The notes: generated from the sequence alone by a model not told the origin. 32,000 bases of DNA from Edaphobacter aggregans (GCF_003945235.1 NZ_RSDW01000001.1:4410001-4442000), one strand, 5' to 3'. Shown: positions 1-9,877, counted from the stretch's first letter. Numbers and translations are program-made.

Positions 1-1372
1 GATTGGCGGACTGGAGGAGAGCTCCGATGAGGTCGCTGCGAAGGCCGTTGGATGTGGTCAGGACGGTGAAGTGGCCGTTCTGTAGGTGGGCCAGGCCGCG
101 GCGGGTGCCGATCCAGAGAGAACCATCGGCGCCGAGCAGAAGGGAGCGGATGAGGTCGTCGGGGAGGCCGTCGGCTGAGGTGTAGGTCTTGATGTGGGAG
201 TCGGCGAGGTGGTTGAGGCCGTCGGGTGTTCCGATCCAGAGAGTGCCGTCGGGGCCAGGAGTGAGAGAGAGGATGATGTCACTAGCGAGGCCGTCGTGAG
301 TGGAGATGTGCTTGAGTTTGCCGAACTGATAGCGGTAGAGGCCATCGCCATTAGTGCCGGCGTAGAGCGCGCCGTCGGTGGTTTGGACGATTGTGTTGAC
401 GGCTAGATCGGCCAGGTCAGGTAGGGAGTGGAAGTTCTGGCGGCGGAGGATGTGGAGACCGGTGCTCTCTGTGCCGACCCAGAGATTACGTTCACGGTCT
501 TCAAAGAGAGAGAGGACGGAGCTAGCGTTGAGGGCGGGGATGGGTTGGGGGAGAGACTGGGGATTGGCAGCGTCGAGGGCGACAAGGCCTTTGTTGGTGC
601 CGATCCAGAGGGTGTTGCGGGAGTCGGGGAGGAAGGCTTCGATGCGTGTGCCGGGGAGTTCGCGGCCAGCGGTCCAGAGATGCTGGCGGCCGTCTCGCTG
701 CTGGATAAGGGTGGTGTGGGTTCGCAGCCAGAGGGTGTGGTCGGGCTGGACGGCGAGAGACTCGATGGGTTCGGGGGGGAGCGCGGGGCTGACGGGGACG
801 GGGATGAAGCGGCCGTGCTGGTATTGGGAGAGACCGGATGGAGAGGTGATCCAGACGTTGCCGTCGGTGCCCTGGGTGAGTGTGGAGGGATGAGGCAGGT
901 TGAGAAGGGAGAATCGGTTGGTGCGGAGATCGAGTTGTGACAGGCCTTCGCGGGTGAGGACGAGGAGAGAGGCGTCGTCGGTAGCGGCCAGAGCATAGAT
1001 GGTCGAAGAGGGGAGGCCGTCGGCGGTGGTGTAGCGGCGGAGGCCTTGAGGCCCGTACTGCAGGAGGCCGCTGGCGGTGCCGATCCAGAGGCTATCGGGG
1101 GCGTTTTGAGCGAAGCAGCAGATATCGTTGCTGGTGAAGACGGTGGGGTCGGTTTCCTGGTTGAAGATTTTGAAGTTGAGACCGTCGAAGCGGGCGGCTC
1201 CGCCTTCGGTTGCTAGCCAGATGTAGCCGTCGAACGACTGGAAGATTTGATGGACACTGCTTTGCGGGAGGCCGTTTTCCGTGGACCAAGATTGATGGCC
1301 GAGGTTGGCGGTTTGCGGTTGGGCTGAGAGAGCGAGGAAGCCGCAGAGCGCCCACAGGAGGATCGCGCGCAT
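1..1372 (-). CDS. Secreted/periplasmic two-component-regulator-propeller (Reg_prop) sensor protein, N-terminal part. The 3' end lies beyond the window start.
   Basis: Not in the ORF track because it has no stop inside the window. My own minus-strand translation from the ATG at 1372 gives an open frame of 457 codons. It starts MRAILLWALCGFLALSAQPQ (signal-peptide-like). At least 8 Reg_prop-type repeats follow (SLWIGTASGLLQY, TLWIGTNKGLVAL, NLWVGTESTGLHIL, TLWIGTPDGLNHL, SLWIGTRRGLAHL...). The ATG lies 3 nt after the TAG stop of the upstream cytochrome c gene. Confidence 0.75.
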   Translation of the reverse strand, partial: MRAILLWALCGFLALSAQPQTANLGHQSWSTENGLPQSSVHQIFQSFDGYIWLATEGGAARFDGLNFKIFNQETDPTVFTSNDICCFAQNAPDSLWIGTASGLLQYGPQGLRRYTTADGLPSSTIYALAATDDASLLVLTREGLSQLDLRTNRFSLLNLPHPSTLTQGTDGNVWITSPSGLSQYQHGRFIPVPVSPALPPEPIESLAVQPDHTLWLRTHTTLIQQRDGRQHLWTAGRELPGTRIEAFLPDSRNTLWIGTNKGLVALDAANPQSLPQPIPALNASSVLSLFEDRERNLWVGTESTGLHILRRQNFHSLPDLADLAVNTIVQTTDGALYAGTNGDGLYRYQFGKLKHISTHDGLASDIILSLTPGPDGTLWIGTPDGLNHLADSHIKTYTSADGLPDDLIRSLLLGADGSLWIGTRRGLAHLQNGHFTVLTTSNGLRSDLIGALLQSAN

Positions 1373-1375
1373 GGG

Positions 1376-1723
1376 CTATTTTGCCTTTTTGTCGCGGCAG
1401 GAGCGAAGGTAGGCTACGAGGTCGTCGGTCTCGGATTTTTCGAGGATGTCGGCGAAGGAGGGCATTTGTTTACCGCCGTCGTGGATCTGGGTTCGGATCT
1501 GGGCTTCGTTGAGCCTGCGGCCTACGCCGGAGAGATCGGGGCCTTTGGTGCCTCCATGCTGGCGGATAGTGTGGCATTGAAGGCAGCCGGTTTCTGTGAA
1601 GACCTGGGCTCCCCGGATGCGTGGGTCTGCTGAGGGTGCCGATGACGTGGGCGGTGCGGCCTGCGCGAAGAGAGAGGCCGTGGCTGCGAGTGAGAGGAGG
1701 AGAACAGGACGTAGCAGGTTCAT
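1376..1723 (-). CDS. Monohaem class-I c-type cytochrome (115 aa)
   Basis: Signal peptide MNLLRPVLLLSLAATASLFAQA. Single CLQCH haem-binding motif with a distal Met candidate (GGKQMPSF). The start overlaps the stop of the upstream gene as ATGA (1720-1723). Confidence 0.9.
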   Translation of the reverse strand: MNLLRPVLLLSLAATASLFAQAAPPTSSAPSADPRIRGAQVFTETGCLQCHTIRQHGGTKGPDLSGVGRRLNEAQIRTQIHDGGKQMPSFADILEKSETDDLVAYLRSCRDKKAK

Positions 1724-3972
1724 TGGGCCGCGGGCAGCACTCCCTCGATTTGTTGTTGTGGTGCGAAGTCGCTGTGGGTGTGCCAGGGGACACTCTCGGA
1801 GGCGATCTCGTGATGCTTGCGCAGGAACTCGAGTGCGTAGGTGCTGGCGGTGGGATCGTCCTTTTGGTCGGCAAAGGCTGCGGCTTCGCGGGAGGCTTGT
1901 TCTTTCATACCTAAACGACGGTAGACGATGGAAAGGATGTAATGCGCGGCGAGGTCGTCGGGGTCGATGGATTGGAGGTTCTCGTACTCGACGCGGGCTT
2001 CATCGTATTTGCGCTGCTGATAGAGGGAGAAGCCTAGTTCGCGGTGGGCGTCGCGGGAGCGCGGGAACTGGGTGATGACTTCGCGGAGGTCGGCGATGGC
2101 CGCATCGAGATTACCCTGATTGCGTTCGACAAGAGCGAGGTAGTAGAGGGCGCGGGCGTTGTGCGGGCTTAGCTTCAGGGCCTTGTCGAGAGCGGTGCGA
2201 GAGTCATCGTAGCGTTGCCAGGAGAAGTTGGCGATGGCGATATTGGTGAAGGCGTCGGCGTAGTCGGGACGGAGCAGGACTACGCGTTCGAAGGCGTGGA
2301 CGCTCTCGGCGTATTGCTGGGCGTCGAGCATGGCGATGCCGAAGTTGTTCCAGCGCATCCACTCTTTGTTGTCCTGCGGATCGGGGGCGTTGGCTGGGTT
2401 GTCGCCGAGATTGAGGGTGCGAGTGCGGGCGGCCATTTCGACGACGGGCTCCTCGTAGTGCTTGCCCATGGCGAAGTCCATGAAGTGCTGGTCGAAGCGG
2501 CGGTAGTTGACCTTCGCTGTGATGGTGATGGGGCCTTTGGCGTCGGCGGGAACTTTGAATTGATAGCGGACGATCTGCGAGCGGCCGGAGGCGATGGTGT
2601 TGTTGTAGGCGACGACGCGGTTGTTCCAGACCTGGTGGAGATCGTTGATCTCGCCCTTTACGTTGACGAGGCGGTTGGTAAAGCTGTGGGCGCGGGGGTC
2701 GAGGTCGCCGTTGGGCTCGATAATGCCGGAGTGGGTCAGAGTTTTGCCAGACGCGTCTTTGGCTTCAAATTCGACCCAGCTCTCGTACATGTCGCGCTGC
2801 TCGGGGACGTGGCTGTGGGCGATGCCTTTGTTCTGGATGACGATGGAGGCGGTGAGAATGTCGCCGGGAGCTATGGCGAAGTTTTGGGTGCCGAGCGGGG
2901 CGATCATTTTGCCATCAGCTTTGCCGTCGCTCTTTTCCAGGCCGAAGATATCTACGTTGAAGACTCCGTTGCGGAGGAAGGCGATGGTTTTTTCCATCTG
3001 AGTGTCGTAGTTGTAAAACTTCGACATGATGGTGTTGGCTCCGAGCCAGCGGTGCGAGGCTAGCTTGCCGTCTTTAGCCCCGTAATCGGAGGCGGCTGCT
3101 CCGAGGGGCTCGCGGGGCATGTGGCAGGTCTGGCAGGTGGAGACGGAGTCTTTGACGTAGAAGGGAAGTGGGGACTCCTTGGCGAAGGAGGAGAGCTGCC
3201 ACTCGTCGTAGAGGAAGATGGCGCGCTGCCACTTGTAGTCATTGAGTTGGCGGGGGAGCGCGGCTTTGTGGCAGGCGGAGCAATACTCGCTCTGGTGGTA
3301 GAAGTCCTTCATGACGGCCTTGGAGTGGCGGTCGAGGTGGGCGAGGATCTCTTTGTCGGAGACGTCACCGTAGATGGGCTGGTCGTGTTCGTCGACGAGG
3401 ACGGCAGGCTGGGCGAGAACGTAGCTTCCGGTACCGCGGGTGTCGACCCTCTGGATGGAGTGGCAGACCGAGCAGGTGACGCCGTCTTCATCGAACTTGC
3501 GGTTGATTGGAGAGCCTTTGGTCATGGCTCCGGAGGTGAGGGCTGTGGGATTGTGGCAGCCTTCGCAGTGACGGGCGAATTCGATGCCCTTCTCCGCCAT
3601 GAGGAGGTTGACGTTCCGGGTGTACCAGGGGGTGCGGAAGGAGTTGGCGTGAGCGGATTGGCGCCACTCGGTGTGGGCTTCCTGATGGCAGTGGCCGCAA
3701 TACTTCGCGGTGGGGAAGGCCCTAGGATTGATGAATTCGCCGGTGTCGGTAGTGGCTAGCGATGGGAGGAAGGGTTTGTCGGCGCCGAAGCGGTAGTTGT
3801 AGTGCTCGGCTACGGACTTCGAGTAGACCTGACGCTGAGATGGCGTAGTCGGGTCGTATTCGGCGTGGGCGCGACCGGCGCGCAGAGCCATGATGCAGCA
3901 GGCGAGGCTTCCGCCAAGAAGGGTGCCGATGAGGATGCGGCCTGCTCGCTGCGGGGAAAGTCTGGGAACCAT
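1720..3972 (-). CDS. Multihaem c-type cytochrome (5 CxxCH) with a C-terminal TPR domain (750 aa)
   Basis: N-terminal hydrophobic anchor/signal. Five CxxCH motifs (CGHCH, CEGCH, CSVCH, CSACH, CQTCH) lie in the N-terminal ~300 aa. The C-terminal ~190 aa are TPR-like (YAESVHAFERVVLLRPDYADAFTNIA; ALYYLALVERNQGNLDAAIADL; ELGFSLYQQRKYDEARVEYENL). Confidence 0.85.
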   Translation of the reverse strand: MVPRLSPQRAGRILIGTLLGGSLACCIMALRAGRAHAEYDPTTPSQRQVYSKSVAEHYNYRFGADKPFLPSLATTDTGEFINPRAFPTAKYCGHCHQEAHTEWRQSAHANSFRTPWYTRNVNLLMAEKGIEFARHCEGCHNPTALTSGAMTKGSPINRKFDEDGVTCSVCHSIQRVDTRGTGSYVLAQPAVLVDEHDQPIYGDVSDKEILAHLDRHSKAVMKDFYHQSEYCSACHKAALPRQLNDYKWQRAIFLYDEWQLSSFAKESPLPFYVKDSVSTCQTCHMPREPLGAAASDYGAKDGKLASHRWLGANTIMSKFYNYDTQMEKTIAFLRNGVFNVDIFGLEKSDGKADGKMIAPLGTQNFAIAPGDILTASIVIQNKGIAHSHVPEQRDMYESWVEFEAKDASGKTLTHSGIIEPNGDLDPRAHSFTNRLVNVKGEINDLHQVWNNRVVAYNNTIASGRSQIVRYQFKVPADAKGPITITAKVNYRRFDQHFMDFAMGKHYEEPVVEMAARTRTLNLGDNPANAPDPQDNKEWMRWNNFGIAMLDAQQYAESVHAFERVVLLRPDYADAFTNIAIANFSWQRYDDSRTALDKALKLSPHNARALYYLALVERNQGNLDAAIADLREVITQFPRSRDAHRELGFSLYQQRKYDEARVEYENLQSIDPDDLAAHYILSIVYRRLGMKEQASREAAAFADQKDDPTASTYALEFLRKHHEIASESVPWHTHSDFAPQQQIEGVLPAAQ

Positions 3973-4056
3973 GGCAGAGGGTCATTTTAGTGAAGTGGAG
4001 TAGGAGTTGGCTATCCATCGAAAGGTGGATGGCAGGGAGTAGAGATATAGCTTGGG

Positions 4057-5925
4057 TTATGGCTTTTTGGCTGTGGTGGGTTCGCCTTTGCCTTCGGTTA
4101 GGGTGACGATCTGGTCGGGCTTGGCGATGGCGAATTTTTCGATGGTGCCACTGGGCCAGTGGACTTCCAGGTTGTCGATCGCGGTTGCGTCTCCGATGCC
4201 GAAGTGAATGCGTGGGTCATGCGTAGAGGCGTAGCTGCCTCCTGAGATGACGTCTCCGCGCTGACGCTTGCCTGCTGCGGTGAGGTAGACGGTTGCTCCG
4301 ACGGCGTCGCGGGGACTCTTAGGGCCGCCAATGAGTCTGAGTTCGATCCAGTGGTGGGTGTCGGGAGAGACGTTGCGAAGAAGGACTGGGTGTCCGTCGA
4401 GAACGTTGATGACGGCGTCGAGCTTGCCGTCGTTGAAGAGGTCGCCTACGGCCAGGCCACGGCCTCGGACAACAATGGCGAGGCCAGTGCCTTCGACGGC
4501 GGGAACGAGGTCAAATTTTTTACCTTCGATGTTGTGGAAGAGCAGCGGGCGCTGGGCCCAGGAGGTGCCCCATGGTTTGCTGTCGACGGTGGGGTAGACG
4601 TGGCCGTTGGAGATGATGATGTCCTTCCAGCCGTCGTTGTCGTAGTCGAAGAAGGCGGTGCCCCAGCCGAGGAAGGGAATGGTGGGCTCGGCGATGCCCA
4701 TTTGGTAGCTGATGTCGGTGAAGTTGGCGTCGCCGTCGTTGCGGTAGAGGGGGTTGTAGTCATCGGAGAAGGTGGTGTTGTAGAGGTCGAGGAGGCCGTT
4801 GTTCTGGTAGTCGCCGATGGCGATACCCATGGTGGCGGTCTCGCGTCCGTTCTCGTTGAGGGCGTAACCGGAGGGGTAGCTGGCGTCCTCGAAGGTGCCG
4901 TCGCCTTTGTTGATGTAGAGGTAGTTGGGGGTGGAGTCGTTGCCGACGAGGAGGTCGAGCTTGCCGTCGTTGTTGATGTCGACGAAGGCGGAGGCGAGGC
5001 CGTAATAGGCGTTTTTGTCGGCTACACCAGCTTTTTCGCTGACGTCGGTGAAGGTGCCGTCACCGTTGTTGTGGAAGAGGTGATCGGGTTCGCCTTTGAG
5101 GCCGCGGGGTCCGCACATGACGGGCTCACCACGGAACTCGCAGAAGGAGGTGGACTTGTCATCGGCTGAGGTCTGGTTGGCCATGTCGTAGTGGATGTAG
5201 CCGGGGACGAAGAGATCGAGTTTGCCGTCGCCGTCGTAGTCGCCCCAGGTTGCGCCGGTGGACCAGTTGCCAAGGGTGACGCCGGCTTTTTCAGCGACGT
5301 CGGTGAAGGTGCCGTCGTGGTTGTTGTGGTAGAGGCGGTTCTTGCCGAAGTTGGAAACGTAGATGTCGGGCCAGCCGTCGTTGTCGTAGTCGGCGATGGC
5401 TACGCCTACGCCCCAGCGATCGTTGGTGACGCCGGCTTTATCGGCGACGTTGGTGAAGGTGCCGTCGTGATTGTTATGGAAGAGAGCGGCTTTGGGAGCG
5501 GGGGCTCTGCCAGCCTCGGCTTCGAAGGTGGAACCGTTGACAAAATAAATGTCGAGCCAGCCGTCGTTGTCGTAGTCGATGAGGCCGACGCCGGAGCCGT
5601 TGGCTTCGATGATGAAGTGCTTTTCCGGAGTGCCCATGGTGTGCTTCCAAGTGGTGAGGCCTGCTTTTTCGGCGATGTTCTGGAAGACGATGGGGCCGGT
5701 TTTGACGAAGCCTCCGGCGGTGATGGGACGGTGCTGCTGGTCGAGGACGGGGGCGTGGACTCCGCCGGTGTTGACTCCGCCGGAGGCTGGGGGCTGACCG
5801 CCTTCCTGGGGTTTGTCGGGCTGAGTGGCTTGCGCCATCAGCGTGGGGGAGGTCGAGATGACCGTGCCTGTGATGAATGCGGCGAGAGTCAAGCTGCTGA
5901 AGGTGCGACGAAGTGCGGGCATCAA
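4057..5925 (-). CDS. CRTAC1-family secreted protein (FG-GAP/VCBS repeats plus an ASPIC/UnbV C-terminal domain), 622 aa
   Basis: Signal peptide present. Repeated Ca-binding-like FG-GAP motifs (DYDNDGWLDIYF, DYDNDGWPDIYV, DYDGDGKLDLFV, DINNDGKLDLLV, DYDNDGWKDIII). ASPIC/UnbV-type tail (HWIELRLIGGPKSPRDAVGATVYL...SGGSYAS...HFGIG...LEVHWPSG). Confidence 0.85.
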   Translation of the reverse strand: MMPALRRTFSSLTLAAFITGTVISTSPTLMAQATQPDKPQEGGQPPASGGVNTGGVHAPVLDQQHRPITAGGFVKTGPIVFQNIAEKAGLTTWKHTMGTPEKHFIIEANGSGVGLIDYDNDGWLDIYFVNGSTFEAEAGRAPAPKAALFHNNHDGTFTNVADKAGVTNDRWGVGVAIADYDNDGWPDIYVSNFGKNRLYHNNHDGTFTDVAEKAGVTLGNWSTGATWGDYDGDGKLDLFVPGYIHYDMANQTSADDKSTSFCEFRGEPVMCGPRGLKGEPDHLFHNNGDGTFTDVSEKAGVADKNAYYGLASAFVDINNDGKLDLLVGNDSTPNYLYINKGDGTFEDASYPSGYALNENGRETATMGIAIGDYQNNGLLDLYNTTFSDDYNPLYRNDGDANFTDISYQMGIAEPTIPFLGWGTAFFDYDNDGWKDIIISNGHVYPTVDSKPWGTSWAQRPLLFHNIEGKKFDLVPAVEGTGLAIVVRGRGLAVGDLFNDGKLDAVINVLDGHPVLLRNVSPDTHHWIELRLIGGPKSPRDAVGATVYLTAAGKRQRGDVISGGSYASTHDPRIHFGIGDATAIDNLEVHWPSGTIEKFAIAKPDQIVTLTEGKGEPTTAKKP

Positions 5926-6051
5926 TGGGTCCTGTCAGGTTCCGCGCGTCGGGAAAGACCGCGACGTAGCGTTGCTTGAACTGAGAAGAGCAAGCGTCCC
6001 CACCATACAATATTTCGATTTCGAGGACGAGTTAGAGGGAGTTCGGCGGGG

Positions 6052-7146
6052 CTATTGCCTACGCCGTTTGCTCTTTTGCGCGCGGGTGTTGCGTGGGGAG
6101 CCGGTCGATTCCCGGACGATGAGGTCGGTCTGGATTGGGTATTCGCGTTGAGGCGTGGATGCTTCGGGATTCTCGACGTGGGCGCGCAGGGCGGCGAAGG
6201 CAGAACGCGCCAGGCTGAAGCCGGACATCCGAACGGTGGTAAGAGGGGGGATGGTGACCTGGGCGATATGAATGTCGTCGAAGCCGATGACGGAGATGTC
6301 GTCGGGTACGCGGAGACCGGCGCGGTTGAGCTTGTGGAGGACGCCGATGGCTGTCATGTCGTTAGAGCACATGACGGCTGTTGGCTGGGGATTGGTGGCA
6401 AGGAGTTTCTCCATGGCTGCGATGCCGCCATCGAGTGTGTGGTCTCCTTCGATGATCCATTTCGGGGAAGGAGTGATGCCGCACTCTTTGAGTGAATAGG
6501 TGAAGGCTGCGGTGCGGGATTGGGCCGAGTGGAGATTAAGGGGGCCGGAGATGAAGGCGATGTCTTTGTGGTTCAAAGCGGCAAGGTGTTGCACGCCCTG
6601 CCGGATGCCGTGGTGATAGTCCACCTTGAGTACGCTGACGCCGGGGCTTTGGGGGCCGACGTCGATGAAGACGAGCGGGACGTTTCGCTTGGCGAGCTGA
6701 TCGAGGAGAGGGGCTTCGATGCCGAAGGTCATGATGGCTACGCCTTCGACCTTGCGCTCAATCATGCGCCGGATGCACTGATACATGCGGCTTGTGTCGT
6801 AGTTGGTGGAACTGACGAGGATTTCGTAGCCGTTTTCTACAGCGACGTCTTCGAAGCCCTGGAGAAGCTCGGGGAAGAAGGGATTGGTGATCTCAGAGAT
6901 GATGAGGCCGAATATTTTGCTGCGTCCGGAGACGAGAGCACGGGCCTGGGTGTTGGGGAAGTAGTCAAGTTCCCCGATGACATCCCACACACGTTTGGCC
7001 ATGGTTGGGTTCACCGTGGCGACGCGGTTGATGGTGCGCGAGACTGTCGCTATGGAGACGTTCGCCGCTCGTGCGATCGTGCGAATGTCCATGCGTTCGG
7101 GTGTTTCGGCCTTATGATTCTTGCTCTTCGCTTTTTTCTCAACCAT
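6052..7146 (-). CDS. LacI-family transcriptional regulator
   Basis: N-terminal HTH (DIRTIARAANVSIATVSRTINR) followed by a periplasmic-binding-protein-like sugar-binding core. An alternative start at ATG 7092 (MDIRTIA...) would remove an atypical Lys-rich 18-aa leader, so the start is uncertain. Confidence 0.88.
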   Translation of the reverse strand: MVEKKAKSKNHKAETPERMDIRTIARAANVSIATVSRTINRVATVNPTMAKRVWDVIGELDYFPNTQARALVSGRSKIFGLIISEITNPFFPELLQGFEDVAVENGYEILVSSTNYDTSRMYQCIRRMIERKVEGVAIMTFGIEAPLLDQLAKRNVPLVFIDVGPQSPGVSVLKVDYHHGIRQGVQHLAALNHKDIAFISGPLNLHSAQSRTAAFTYSLKECGITPSPKWIIEGDHTLDGGIAAMEKLLATNPQPTAVMCSNDMTAIGVLHKLNRAGLRVPDDISVIGFDDIHIAQVTIPPLTTVRMSGFSLARSAFAALRAHVENPEASTPQREYPIQTDLIVRESTGSPRNTRAQKSKRRRQ

Positions 7147-7225
7147 AGATAAAGTTCTGACGCGCGCTTTCAGGATAGCTCAGCATGAAATGCCGACGCT
7201 CTAACAAAGACGCGCAGGCAGAGGC

Positions 7226-8260
7226 TTACTGCTCGACGGCCGCATGGGGCCAGTTGTCTTTCCAATCGATTGTCGAGATCTGCAGGTAAGGTTTGCCGGT
7301 GATGGAGTCGTAGGCGTGAAAGACAATGATGTCATCTCCCTTCGAATTAATGAGAACGCTCTGCCCGCCGGGACCGAGCCAACGCGAATTGGATAGAAGA
7401 AGTGGCGTCCCGCCACCCTGCGCGAGAGGGGTTCCGGTTGCGTCGATGTAAGGGCCGGTGACAGATTGAGATCTTCCGACCATAGTTTTGTATGTGCTCT
7501 TGAGGCCGCGGCAGCAAAGATCCCATGAGGTGAAGAGGTAGTAAAAGCCGCCATGGCTGACTATGAACGGAGCCTCGATGGCCTGCCAATTGGGTGGCAG
7601 GCTGGCGGATTCGGAGCCGGCATCCGCTGTCGGTTTTGCACGACGTGCGAGAGAGTACAACGTCGTATCGGACTTTGACAGCATGCCTGCGTCGTCGAGG
7701 CGACGCATTTTGATGCCGTCCCAGAAACTGCCGAAGGCGAGCCAAGCTGCATCTTTCTTGTCGAGGACGAGGTTAGGGTCGATTGCGTTGAAGTCGTCGG
7801 TGGCTAGCGATTCAAGTACGAGCCCTTTGTCGATCCATTTGTAATCGGGGCTTATGGGGTCAAGAGTTTTGTTCGTGGCGAGGGCGATTCCAGAGGTGTT
7901 TTTACCGAACAATGAATAGGCGTAGTAGAGCCGATACTCGCGATTGACGTAGGAAATGTCGGGGGCCCAGAGATCCCGGGTACCAGGACTGCGCTCCTTG
8001 ATCCAGGCAGGGATCGCGTCGAAGACATGGCCGCACAACTTCCACTGCGTCAAATCGCCGGAGCAACGTATGGCAAGCTGCCCGCCGTCGGGGGCTTTAC
8101 CGGTCGCAAAGACATACCAGGTATTGCCCTCGCGGATGATGGAGGGATCATGGGTGCCTGCGATGTCACCAGAGAGATGATAGGCGTGTGGCTGTTGTGC
8201 AGTGCAGATGTTTACGAGGGACAGCAAAAGCACGATCGATGTTTTGCTCGAATGAATCAT
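7226..8260 (-). CDS. Secreted GH43 glycoside hydrolase, endo-1,5-alpha-L-arabinanase-like (344 aa)
   Basis: Signal peptide (MIHSSKTSIVLLLSLVNICTAQQ). GH43 propeller motifs (GTHDPSIIREGNTWYVFATG, LWAPDISY, IEAPFIV). Strong SD AAGGAGG lies 3 nt upstream of the ATG. Confidence 0.8.
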   Translation of the reverse strand: MIHSSKTSIVLLLSLVNICTAQQPHAYHLSGDIAGTHDPSIIREGNTWYVFATGKAPDGGQLAIRCSGDLTQWKLCGHVFDAIPAWIKERSPGTRDLWAPDISYVNREYRLYYAYSLFGKNTSGIALATNKTLDPISPDYKWIDKGLVLESLATDDFNAIDPNLVLDKKDAAWLAFGSFWDGIKMRRLDDAGMLSKSDTTLYSLARRAKPTADAGSESASLPPNWQAIEAPFIVSHGGFYYLFTSWDLCCRGLKSTYKTMVGRSQSVTGPYIDATGTPLAQGGGTPLLLSNSRWLGPGGQSVLINSKGDDIIVFHAYDSITGKPYLQISTIDWKDNWPHAAVEQ

Positions 8261-8296
8261 GTCCCTCCTTCTGTTGCAAGTTGCAATGCTGCGATT

Positions 8297-9877
8297 CTAC
8301 TGAGAGCGTGTGGTGGCGGCGATTTTACGGAGTTCGGGTAAAAGTGTGCCCAGCGACGCTGGTGCTGCATCCGGCTGGCCGAGGGCGAAGTATGCATTGC
8401 GGTAGAGGGGGTAGAGCTGGTCGTAGACTGCAACGGCGTCGGATTGGGGCAGGAAGGTGCGGTAGCGGAGGCAGACGGATTGCTGCGCTTCTTCGATGGA
8501 TTTAAAGGCACCTGCGGCGAGCAGCGCAAAGATGCCGGAGCCGAGGCTTGTGGACGTGCCGTCGGGAACGAGAACTGGCTTGTTGAGGACGTTGGCGTAG
8601 ATCTGGTTGAGGACGGCGTTGTTCTGCGGAATGCCTCCTGCGTTGATGATGCGTTCGACCGGAACGCCGTGCTCGGCCATGCGCTCGAGGATGATGCGGG
8701 TATGGAAGGCTGTGCCTTCGATGGCGGCGAAGAGTTCGTCCTGCGCGGTGTGGAGGAGGTTCCAGCCGAAGGTGACACCACCTAGTTCGGGGTTGACGAG
8801 GATGGTGCGGTCGCCGTTGTCCCAGGAGAGACGAAGGAGGCCGGTTTGTCCGGCGCGGTATGCTTCGAGACCCTGGGCGAGGTCGCGGACCTTGGTGTTA
8901 GCGCGGCGTGCGATGGACTCGAAGATGTCTCCGGTGGCAGAGAGACCGGCTTCGATGCCGGTGTAGCTTGGGTGCACGCTGCCGGGGACGACGCCGCAGA
9001 CTCCGGGGACGAGTTCGGTCTTCTTCGCCATAGCGATGATGCAGGTCGAGGTGCCGACTACGTTGACGACGTCGCCCTCGCGGCAGCCCGCGCCGATGGC
9101 ATCCCAGTGAGCATCGAAGGCACCGACGGGGATGGGGATGCCGGGCTTGAGACCCATCTTTTCGGCCCACTCAGAAGAGAGATAGCCCGCAATGTGATCG
9201 CTGGCGAGGTATTCTCCGCCCAGCTTTGCGCGGATGCCGTCGAAGAGAGGATCAAGTTTTGAAAGGAACGACTGAGGAGGCAGGCCGTCCCACTTGGGGT
9301 TCCACATCCACTTATGGCCCATTGCGCAGGCGCTGCGCCGAACTTTGGCGGGGTCGGTCACGCCGGTTAGGGTGGCGGCGACCATGTCGCAGTGCTCGAG
9401 GGCGGTGGCGAAGCGGTCTCGTTTGTCGGGATTGTTGCGGAGCCAGTGGAGGAGTTTGGCGAAGCCCCACTCGTGGGAGTAGACCCCGCCGCACCACTGA
9501 ATGGCTTCAAGGTCTTCCGCGTGGGCAAGTTCGGTGATCTGGCGGGCTTCGTTGTGGGCACGGTGGTCGCACCAGAGGTAGTAGTCGTCGAGCGGTTGGA
9601 GGGTGGCGTCCACGGGAATGACGCTGGAGCCCGTGGTGTCGAGGGCTATTGCGGCGATGTCCTGGCCGTTGATGTTGTTTTCAGTGAGGACCTGACGAGT
9701 GGCACGGACGAGGGCCTGCATCTGATCGGCGTGGGACTGGGTGGCGTAGTCGGGATCTTCGCGGCGACGGTGGAGGGGGTATTCAGCAGAGGCAGTGCCG
9801 ATGCGACCTTGGGTGCTGTCGAGGAGGGTCACTCTGACGCTGAGGGTTCCGAAGTCTACTCCAGCTACGATGGGCAC
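8297..9877 (-). CDS. araB: L-ribulokinase (FGGY carbohydrate kinase family), 526 aa
   Basis: Sequence blocks match the ribulokinase subfamily as I recall E. coli AraB: GVDFGTLSVR, ALDTTGSS, GGVYSHEWGFAKLLH, CAMGHKWMW..WDGLPPQSF, GAFDAHWDAIGAG, VVGTSTC. SD-like AAGGAAG lies upstream. The stop is 36 nt upstream of the GH43 gene. Confidence 0.9.
   Translation of the reverse strand: MPIVAGVDFGTLSVRVTLLDSTQGRIGTASAEYPLHRRREDPDYATQSHADQMQALVRATRQVLTENNINGQDIAAIALDTTGSSVIPVDATLQPLDDYYLWCDHRAHNEARQITELAHAEDLEAIQWCGGVYSHEWGFAKLLHWLRNNPDKRDRFATALEHCDMVAATLTGVTDPAKVRRSACAMGHKWMWNPKWDGLPPQSFLSKLDPLFDGIRAKLGGEYLASDHIAGYLSSEWAEKMGLKPGIPIPVGAFDAHWDAIGAGCREGDVVNVVGTSTCIIAMAKKTELVPGVCGVVPGSVHPSYTGIEAGLSATGDIFESIARRANTKVRDLAQGLEAYRAGQTGLLRLSWDNGDRTILVNPELGGVTFGWNLLHTAQDELFAAIEGTAFHTRIILERMAEHGVPVERIINAGGIPQNNAVLNQIYANVLNKPVLVPDGTSTSLGSGIFALLAAGAFKSIEEAQQSVCLRYRTFLPQSDAVAVYDQLYPLYRNAYFALGQPDAAPASLGTLLPELRKIAATTRSQ

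Noticed and set aside
58-1355. Track ORFs at 58-351, 378-893, 403-996, 428-940 and 1092-1355
   Set aside because: All are out of frame with, or antisense to, the Reg_prop sensor frame that I translated from 1372 to the window edge. Only that frame gives repeated LWIGT propeller motifs.
2215-5979. Plus-strand ORFs 2215-3063, 3121-3759, 4351-5169 and 5191-5979 (212-282 aa each)
   Set aside because: All are antisense to the multihaem cytochrome and CRTAC1 genes. Their translations are repetitive V/G/D/A/E strings, mirror images of the real frames' codon bias.
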